In this document: positions 54,201 to 64,000 of the stretch, one piece after another
Layout of the letters: every line of letters starts with the position of its first letter
Numbering within the stretch: the stretch's first letter is position 1
Assembly (NCBI GenBank): GCA_964057225.1
Contig: OZ059898.1
Coordinates: forward strand, 18,600,001 to 18,664,000
DNA from: Auanema rhodensis
Taxonomy: Eukaryota; Animalia; Nematoda
Reading direction: 5' to 3'
DNA: 64,000 bases
Translations under genes and position numbers: made by a program
Notes under the pieces: generated by a model
Seen by the model: only the letters and a program-made list of their open reading frames with translations
Database searches by the model: none
Told to the model about the DNA's origin: nothing

Positions 54201-57200
54201 ACTTTGAAATTTACGTGAACTTTAATTTATGCTAATTAAGTGTACACATGATGTGCACTTGGTATGTAACTCGCTTCACGTGAAAGATAGAGGGATGCGG
54301 TTTTCAAAATTAGATTCCCCATGTCCATATTAGTCTAAAAACAAATTTTTATTGATATTGGTGCATGGTAACCATGACTTTGAAATTTACGTGAACTTTA
54401 ATTTATGCTAATTAAGTGTACACGTGATGTGCACTTGGTATGTAACTCGCTTCACGTGAAAGATGAAGAGATGCGGTTTTCAAAATTAGGTTCCCCATGT
54501 CCATATTAGTCTAAAAACAAATTTTTGTTGATATTGGTGCATGGTAACCATGACTTTCAAATTTACGTGAACTTTAATTTATGCTAATTAAGTGTACACG
54601 TGATGTGCACTTGGTATGTAACTCGCTTCACGTGAAAGATGAAGAGATGCGGTTTTCAAAATTAGGTTCCCCATGTCCATATTAGTCTAAAAACAAATTT
54701 TTATCGATATTGGTGCATGGTAACCATGACTTTGAAATTTACGTGAACTTTAATTTATGCTAATTAAGTGTACACATGATGTGCACTCGGTATGTAACTC
54801 GCTTCACGTGAAAGATAAAGAGATGCGGTTTTCAAAATTAGATTCCGCATGTCCATATTAGTCTAAAAACAAATTTTTATTAATATTGGTGCGTGGTAAC
54901 CATGACTTTGAAATTTACGTGAACTTTAATTTATGCTAATTAAGTGTACACATGATGTGCACTTGGTATGTAACTCGCTTCACGTGAAAGATAAAGGGAT
55001 GCGGTTTTCAAAATTAGATTCCCCATGTCCATATTAGTCTAAAAACAAATTTTTGTTGATATTGGTGGATGGTAACCATGACTTTCAAATTTACGTGAAC
55101 TTCAATTTATGCTAATTAAGTGTACACATGATGTGCACTTGGTATGTAACTCGCTTCACGTGAAAGATAAAGAGATGCGGTTTCCAAAATTAGATTTCGC
55201 ATGTCCATATTAGTCTAAAAACAAATTTTTGTTGATATTGGTGGATGGTAACCATGACTTTGAAATTTACGTGAACTTTAATTTATGCTAATTAAGTGTA
55301 CACGTGATGTGCACTTGGTATGTAACTCGCTTCACGTGAAAGATGAAGAGATGCGGTTTTCAAAATTAGGTTCCCCATGTCCATATTAGTCTAAAAACAA
55401 ATTTTTATTGATATTGGTGCATGGTAACCATGACTTTGAAATTTACGTGAACTTTAATTCATGCTAATTAAGTGTACACGTGAAGTGCACTTGGTATGTA
55501 ACTCGCTTCACGTGAAAGATAAAGAGATGCGGTTTTCAAAATTAGATTCCCCATGTCCATATTAGTCTAAAAACAAATTTTTATTGATATTGGTGCATGG
55601 TAACCATGACTTTGAAATTTACGTGAACTTTAATTTATGCTAATTAAGTGTACACGTGATGTGCACTTGGTATGTAACTCGCTTCACGTGAAAGATAAAG
55701 AGATGCGGTTTTCAAAATTAGATTCCCCATGTTTATATTAGTCTAAAAACAAATTTTTATTGATATTGGTGGATGGCAACCATGACTTTAAAATCTACGT
55801 GTACTTTAATTTATGCTGATTAAGTGTACACATGATGTGCACTTGGTATGTAACTCGCTTCACGTGAAAGATAAAGAGATGCGGTTTTCAAAATTAGATT
55901 CCTCATGTCCATATTAGTCTAAAAACGAATTTTTATTGATATTGATGCATGGTAACCATGACTTTGAAATTTACGTGAACTTTAATTTATGCTTATTAAG
56001 TGTACACGTGATGTGCACTTGGTATGTAACTCGCTTCACGTGAAAGATAAAGGGATGCGGTTTTCAAAATTAGATTCCCCATGTCCATATTAGTCTAAAA
56101 ACAAATTTTTGTTGATATTGGTGGATGGTAACCATGACTTTGAAATTTACGTGAACTTTAATTTATGCTAATTAAGTGTACACGTGATGTGCACTTGGTA
56201 TGTAACTCGCTTCACGTGAAAGATGAAGAGATGCGGTTTTCAAAATTAGGTTCCCCATGTCCATATTAGTCTAAAAACAAATTTTTGTTGATATTGGTGG
56301 ATGGTAACCATGACTTTCAAATTTACGTGAACTTTAATTTATGCTAATTAAGTGTACACATGATGTGCACTTGGTATGTAACTCGCTTCACGTCAAAGAT
56401 AAAGAGATGCGGTTTTCAAAATTAGATTTCGCATGTCTATATTAGTCTAAAAACAAATTTTTGTTGATATTGGTGGATGGTAACCATGACTTTCAAATTT
56501 ACGTGAACTTCAATTTATGCTAATTAAGTGTACACGTGATGTGCACTTGGTATGTAACTCGCTTCGCGTCAACGATAAAGAGATGCGGTTTTCAAAATTA
56601 GATTCCCCATGTCCATATTAGTCTAAAAACAAATTTTTATTAATATTGGTGCATGGTAACCATGACTTTGAAATTTACGTGAACTTTTATTTATGCTAAT
56701 TAAGTGTACACGTGATGTGCACTTGGTATGTAACTCGCTTCACGTGAAAGATAAAGAGATGCGGTTTTCAAAATTAGATTCCCCATGTCCATATTAGTCT
56801 AAAAACAAATTTTTATTGATATTGGTGCATGGTAACCATGACTTTGAAAATTACGTGAACTTTAATTTATGCTAATTAAGTGTACAAATGTTGTGCACTT
56901 GGTATGTAACTCGCTTCACGAGAAAGATAAAAAGATGCGGTTTTCAAATTTAGATTTCGCGTGTCCATATTAGTCTAAAAACAAATTTTTATTGATATTG
57001 GTGCATGGTAACCATGACTTTGAAATTTACGTGAACTTTAATTTATGCTAATTAAGTGTACACGTGAAGTGCACTTGGTATGTAACTCGCTTCACGTGAA
57101 AGATAAAGAGATGCGGTTTTCAAAATTAGATTCCCCATGTCCATATTAGTCTAAAAACAAATTTTTATCGATATTGGTGCATGGTAACCATGACTTTGAA

Positions 57201-57230
57201 ATTTACGTGAACTTTAATTTATGCTAATTA
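51300..57230 (+). repeat. Block duplication at 28-monomer offset (4,928 bp), ~51.3-52.3 kb to ~56.2-57.2 kb
   Basis: TACAAATGTTG 51959/56887 and ACTTTTATTT 51760/56688 both differ by 4928 = 28 x 176. Confidence 0.8.
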
Positions 57231-58249
57231 AGTGTACACATGATGTGCACTCGGTATGTAACTCGCTTCACGTGAAAGATAAAGAGATGCGGTTTTCAAA
57301 ATTAGATTCCGCATGTCCATATTAGTCTAAAAACAAATTTTTATTGATATTGGTGCATGGTAACCATGACTTTCAAATTTACGTGAACTTTAATTTATGC
57401 TAATTAAGTGTACACGTGATGTGCACTTGGTATGTAACTCGCTTCACGTGAAAGATGAAGAGATGCGGTTTTCAAAATTAGGTTCCCCATGTCCATATTA
57501 GTCTAAAAACAAATTTTTATCGATATTGGTGCATGGTAACCATGACTTTGAAATTTACGTGAACTTTAATTTATGCTAATTAAGTGTACACATGATGTGC
57601 ACTCGGTATGTAACTCGCTTCACGTGAAAGATAAAGAGATGCGGTTTTCAAAATTAGATTCCGCATGTCCATATTAGTCTAAAAACAAATTTTTATTGAT
57701 ATTGGTGCATGGTAACCATGACTTTCAAATTTACGTGAACTTTAATTTATGCTTATTAAGTGTACACGTGATGTGCACTTGGTATGTAACTCGCTTCACG
57801 TGAAAGATAAAGGGATGCGGTTTTCAAAATTAGATTCCCCATGTCCATATTAGTCTAAAAACAAATTTTTGTTGATATTGGTGGATGGTAACCATGACTT
57901 TGAAATTTACGTGAACTTTAATTTATGCTAATTAAGTGTACACGTGATGTGCACTTGGTATGTAACTCGCTTCACGTGAAAGATGAAGAGATGCGGTTTT
58001 CAAAATTAGGTTCCCCATGTCCATTTTAGTCTAAAAACAAATTTTTGTTGATATTGGTGGATGGTAACCATGACTTTCAAATTTACGTGAACTTTAATTT
58101 ATGCTAATTAAGTGTACACATGATGTGCACTTGGTATGTAACTCGCTTCACGTCAAAGATAAAGAGATGCGGTTTTCAAAATTAGATTTCGCATGTCTAT
58201 ATTAGTCTAAAAACAAATTTTTGTTGATATTGGTGGATGGTAACCATGA

Positions 58250-61200
58250 CTTTCAAATTTACGTGAACTTCAATTTATGCTAATTAAGTGTACACGTGAT
58301 GTGCACTTGGTATGTAACTCGCTTCGCGTCAACGATAAAGAGATGCGGTTTTCAAAATTAGATTCCCCATTTCCATATTAGTCTAAAAACAAATTTTTAT
58401 TAATATTGGTGCATGGTAACCATGACTTTGAAATTTACGTGAACTTTAATTTATGCTAATTAAGTGTACACGTGATGTGCACTTGGTATGTAACTCGCTT
58501 CACGTGAAAGATAAAGAGATGCGGTTTTCAAAATTAGATTCCCCATGTCCATATTAGTATAAAAACAAATTTTTATTGATATTGGTGCATGGTAACCATG
58601 ACTTTGAAATTTACGTGAACTTTAATTTATGCTAATTAAGTGTACACATGATGTGCACTTGGTATGTAAATCGCTTCACGAGAAAGATAAAAAGATGCGG
58701 TTTTCAAATTTAGATTTCGCGTGTCCATATTAGTCTAAAAACAAATTTTTATTGATATTGGTGCATGGTAACCATGACTTTGAAATTTACGTGAACTTTA
58801 ATTTATGCTAATTAAGTGTACACGTGAAGTGCACTTGGTATGTAACTCGCTTCACGTGAAAGATAAAGAGATGCGGTTTTCAAAATTAGATTCCCCATGT
58901 CCATATTAGTCTAAAAACAAATTTTTATCGATATTGGTGCATGGTAACCATGACTTTGAAATTTACGTGAACTTTAATTTATGCTAATTAAGTGTACACA
59001 TGATGTGCACTCGGTATGTAACTCGCTTCACGTGAAAGATAAAGAGATGCGGTTTTCAAAATTAGATTCCGCATGTCCATATTAGTCTAAAAACAAATTT
59101 TTATTGATATTGGTGCATGGTAACCATGACTTTGAAATTTACGTGAACTTTAATTCATGCTAATTAAGTGTACACGTGATGTGCACTTGGTATGTAACTC
59201 GCTTCACGTGAAAGATAAAGAGATGCGGTTTTCAAAATTAGATTCCCCATGTTTATATTAGTCTAAAAACAAATTTTTATTGATATTGGTGCATGGCAAC
59301 CATGACTTTAAAATCTACGTGTACTTTAATTTATGCTAATTAAGTGTACACATGATGTGCACTCGGTATGTAACTCGCTTCACGTGAAAGATAAAGAGAT
59401 GCGGTTTTCAAAATTAGATTCCGCATGTCCATATTAGTCTAAAAACAAAATTTTTATTGATATTGGTGCATGGTAACCATGACTTTGAAATTTACGTGAA
59501 CTTTAATTTATGCTAATTAAGTGTACACGTGATGTGCACTTGGTATGTAACTCGCTTCACGTGAAAGATGAAGAGATGCGGTTTTCAAAATTAGGTTCCC
59601 CATGTCCATATTAGTCTAAAAACAAATTTTTGTTGATATTGGTGGATGGTAACCATGACTTTCAAATTTACGTTAACTTTAATTTATGCTAATTAAGTGT
59701 ACACATGATGTGCACTTGGTATGTAACTCGCTTCACGTCAAAGATAAAGAGATGCGGTTTTCAAAATTAGATTTCGCATGTCCATATTAGTCTAAAAACA
59801 AATTTTTATTAATATTGGTGCATGGTAACCATGACTTTGAAATTTACGTGAACTTTAATTTATGCTAATTAAGTGTACACGTGATGTGCACTTGGTATGT
59901 AACTCGCTTCACGTGAAAGATAAAGAGATGCGGTTTTCAAAATTAGATTCCCCATGTCCATATTAGTCTAAAAACAAATTTTTATTGATATTGGTGCATG
60001 GTAACCATGACTTTGAAATTTACGTGAACTTTAATTTATGCTAATTAAGTGTACACATGATGTGCACTTGGTATGTAACTCGCTTCACGAGAAAGATAAG
60101 AAGATGCGGTTTTCAAATTTAGATTTCGCGTGTCCATATTAGTCTAAAAACAAATTTTTATTGATATTGGTGCATGGTAACCATGACTTTGAAATTTACG
60201 TGAACTTTCATTCATGCTAATTAAGTGTACACGTGATGTGCACTCGGTATGTAACTCGCTTCACGTGAAAGATAAAGAGATGCGGTTTTCAAAATTAGAT
60301 TCCCCATGTTTATATTAGTCTAAAAACAAATTTTTATTGATATTGGTGCATGGCAACCATGACTTTAAAATCTACGTGAACTTCAATTTATGCTAATTAA
60401 GTGTACACGTGATGTGCACTTGGTATGTAACTCGCTTCGCGTCAACGATAAAGAGATGCGGTTTTCAAAATTAGATTCCCCATGTCCATATTAGTCTAAA
60501 AACAAATTTTTATTAATATTGGTGCATGGTAACCATGACTTTGAAATTTACGTGAACTTTAATTTATGCTAATTAAGTGTACACGTGATGTGCACTTGGT
60601 ATGTAACTCGCTTCACGTGAAAGATAAAGAGATGCGGTTTTCAAAATTAGATTCCCCATGTCCATATTAGTCTAAAAACAAATTTTTATTGATATTGGTG
60701 CATGGTAACCATGACTTTGAAATTTACGTGAACTTTAATTTATGCTAATTAAGTGTACACATGATGTGCACTTGGTATGTAACTCGCTTCACGAGAAAGA
60801 TAAAAAGATGCGGTTTTCAAATTTAGATTTCGCGTGTCCATATTAGTCTAAAAACAAATTTTTATTGATATTGGTGCATGGTAACCATGACTTTGAAATT
60901 TACGTGAACTTTAATTTATGCTAATTAAGTGTACACGTGAAGTGCACTTGGTATGTAACTCGCTTCACGTGAAAGATAAAGAGATGCGGTTTTCAAAATT
61001 AGATTCCCCATGTCCATATTAGTCTAAAAACAAATTTTTATCGATATTGGTGCATGGTAACCATGACTTTGAAATTTACGTGAACTTTAATTTATGCTAA
61101 TTAAGTGTACACATGATGTGCACTCGGTATGTAACTCGCTTCACGTGAAAGATAAAGAGATGCGGTTTTCAAAATTAGATTCCGCATGTCCATATTAGTC

Positions 61201-64000
61201 TAAAAACAAATTTTTATTGATATTGGTGCATGGTAACCATGACTTTGAAATTTACGTGAACTTTAATTCATGCTAATTAAGTGTACACGTGATGTGCACT
61301 TGGTATGTAACTCGCTTCACGTGAAAGATAAAGAGATGCGGTTTTCAAAATTAGATTCCCCATGTTTATATTAGTCTAAAAACAAATTTTTATTGATATT
61401 GGTGCATGGCAACCATGACTTTAAAATCTACGTGTACTTTAATTTATGCTAATTAAGTGTACACATGATGTGCACTCGGTATGTAACTCGCTTCACGTGA
61501 AAGATAAAGAGATGCGGTTTTCAAAATTAGATTCCGCATGTCCATATTAGTCTAAAAACAAATTTTTATTGATATTGGTGCATGGTAACCATGACTTTGA
61601 AATTTACGTGAACTTTAATTTATGCTAATTAAGTGTACACGTGATGTGCACTTGGTATGTAACTCGCTTCACGTGAAAGATGAAGAGATGCGGTTTTCAA
61701 AATTAGGTTCCCCATGTCCATATTAGTCTAAAAACAAATTTTTGTTGATATTGGTGGATGGTAACCATGACTTTCAAATTTACGTTAACTTTAATTTATG
61801 CTAATTAAGTGTACACATGATGTGCACTTGGTATGTAACTCGCTTCACGTCAAAGATAAAGAGATGCGGTTTTCAAAATTAGATTTCGCATGTCCATATT
61901 AGTCTAAAAACAAATTTTTATTGATATTGGTGCATGGTAACCATGACTTTGAAATTTACGTGAACTTTAATTTATGCTAATTAAGTGTACACGTGATGTG
62001 CACTTGGTATGTAACTCGCTTCACGTGAAAGATGAAGAGATGCGGTTTTCAAAATTAGGTTCCCCATGTCCATATTAGTCTAAAAACAAGTTTTTGTTGA
62101 TATTGGTGGATGTTAACCATGACTTTCAAATTTACGTGAACTTCAATTTATGCTAATTAAGTGTACACGTGATGTGCACTTGGTATGTAACTCGCTTCAC
62201 GTGGAAGATAAAGAGATGCGGTTTTCAAAATTAGATTCCCCATGTCCATATTAGTCTAAAAACAAATTTTTATCGATATTGGTGCATGGTAACCATGACT
62301 TTGAAATTTACGTGAACTTTAATTTATGCTAATTAAGTGTACACATGATGTGCACTCGGTATGTAACTCGCTTCACGTGAAAGATAAAGAGATGCGGTTT
62401 TCAAAATTAGATTCCGCATGTCCATATTAGTCTAAAAACAAATTTTTATTGATATTGGTGCATGGTAACCATGACTTTGAAATTTACGTGAACTTTAATT
62501 CATGCTAATTAAGTGTACACGTGATGTGCACTTGGTATGTAACTCGCTTCACGTGAAAGATAAAGAGATGCGGTTTTCAAAATTAGATTCCCCATGTTTA
62601 TATTAGTCTAAAAACAAATTTTTATTGATATTGGTGCATGGCAACCATGACTTTAAAATCTACGTGTACTTTAATTTATGCTAATTAAGTGTACACATGA
62701 TGTGCACTCGGTATGTAACTCGCTTCACGTGAAAGATAAAGAGATGCGGTTTTCAAAATTAGATTCCGCATGTCCATATTAGTCTAAAAACAAATTTTTA
62801 TTGATATTGGTGCATGGTAACCATGACTTTGAAATTTACGTGAACTTTAATTTATGCTAATTAAGTGTACACGTGATGTGCACTTGGTATGTAACTCGCT
62901 TCACGTGAAAGATAAAGAGATGCGGTTTTCAAAATTAGATTCCGCATGTCCATATTAGTCTAAAAACAAATTTTTATTGATATTGGTGCATGGTAACCAT
63001 GACTTTGAAATTTACGTGAACTTTAATTTATGCTAATTAAGTGTACACATGATGTGCACTTGGTATGTAACTCGCTTCACGAGAAAGATAAAAAGATGCG
63101 GTTTTCAAATTTAGATTTCGCGTGTCCATATTAGTCTAAAAACAAATTTTTATTGATATTGGTGCATGGTAACCATGACTTTGAAATTTACGTGAACTTT
63201 AATTTATGCTAATTAAGTGTACACGTGAAGTGCACTTGGTATGTAACTCGCTTCACGTGAAAGATAAAGAGATGCGGTTTTCAAAATTAGATTCCCCATG
63301 TCCATATTAGTCTAAAAACAAATTTTTATCGATATTGGTGCATGGTAACCATGACTTTGAAATTTACGTGAACTTTAATTTATGCTAATTAAGTGTACAC
63401 ATGATGTGCACTCGGTATGTAACTCGCTTCACGTGAAAGATAAAGAGATGCGGTTTTCAAAATTAGATTCCGCATGTCCATATTAGTCTAAAAACAAATT
63501 TTTATTGATATTGGTGCATGGTAACCATGACTTTGAAATTTACGTGAACTTTAATTCATGCTAATTAAGTGTACACGTGATGTGCACTTGGTATGTAACT
63601 CGCTTCACGTGAAAGATAAAGAGATGCGGTTTTCAAAATTAGATTCCCCATGTTTATATTAGTCTAAAAACAAATTTTTATTGATATTGGTGCATGGCAA
63701 CCATGACTTTAAAATCTACGTGTACTTTAATTTATGCTAATTAAGTGTACACATGATGTGCACTCGGTATGTAACTCGCTTCACGTGAAAGATAAAGAGA
63801 TGCGGTTTTCAAAATTAGATTCCGCATGTCCATATTAGTCTAAAAACAAATTTTTATTGATATTGGTGCATGGTAACCATGACTTTGAAATTTACGTGAA
63901 CTTTAATTTATGCTAATTAAGTGTACACGTGATGTGCACTTGGTATGTAACTCGCTTCACGTGAAAGATGAAGAGATGCGGTTTTCAAAATTAGGTTCCC
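58250..64000 (+). repeat. Right-end higher-order repeats with 12-, 7- and 6-monomer offsets
   Basis: CGTTAAC 59674/61786 (2112). ATTCATG at 59156, 61269, 62501, 63557 (2113 including a 1-bp insertion, then 1232 and 1056). Confidence 0.82.

Larger units (their letters stand above)
1..64000. repeat. Tandem satellite DNA array, 176-bp monomer, about 363.7 copies, single orientation; candidate centromeric/heterochromatic satellite of unidentified family
   Basis: The unit ACTTT(G/A/C)AAA...GG(T/C)AACCATG restarts at 1, 177, 353, 529, 705, 881. The register is exact from 14601 to 56841 (42240 = 240 x 176). 363 x 176 - 8 + 1 = 63881 matches the last restart at 63882. No non-repeat sequence seen, and the array runs off both ends. 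Confidence 0.99.

Noticed and set aside
59441-59455. 1-bp insertion (CAAAATTTTT) giving a 177-bp monomer
   Set aside because: Singleton homopolymer change absent from the homologous copy near 61560. It may be a consensus error.
1-64000. CRISPR array or variable-cassette (diversity-generating) system
   Set aside because: There are no unique spacers, cas, recombinase or reverse transcriptase genes. Variation is a small set of recurrent SNPs explained by duplication history.
1-64000. Tandem 5S rRNA, tRNA or snRNA gene array
   Set aside because: No recognisable 5S, tRNA or snRNA sequence or Pol III A/B/C boxes on either strand. An Rfam/Infernal scan would confirm.

Overview
The whole 64,000-bp window is one uninterrupted, single-orientation, head-to-tail tandem array of an AT-rich (58/176 = 33% GC) 176-bp satellite monomer. 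It holds 363 complete monomers plus a 119-bp partial copy: 354 of 176 bp, eight of 175 bp and one of 177 bp, from register arithmetic. I see no genes, RNA genes, transposon insertions, inversions or CRISPR spacers. The two 60-aa ORFs are single monomers carrying a TAG>CAG substitution. Monomer length, homogeneity and scale fit a eukaryotic centromeric or heterochromatic satellite (inference); I cannot name the family or species. The informative structure lies in the variants. A limited set of linked-SNP monomer types forms irregular, nested higher-order duplications with offsets of 1 to 38 monomers, including a near-perfect 29-mer (5,104-bp) tandem duplication. Some alleles are regionally restricted, and the monomer is rich in dyad symmetries and ACGTG motifs. 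I found no support for a novel protein-coding system. All coordinates come from manual reading, so block boundaries are approximate.
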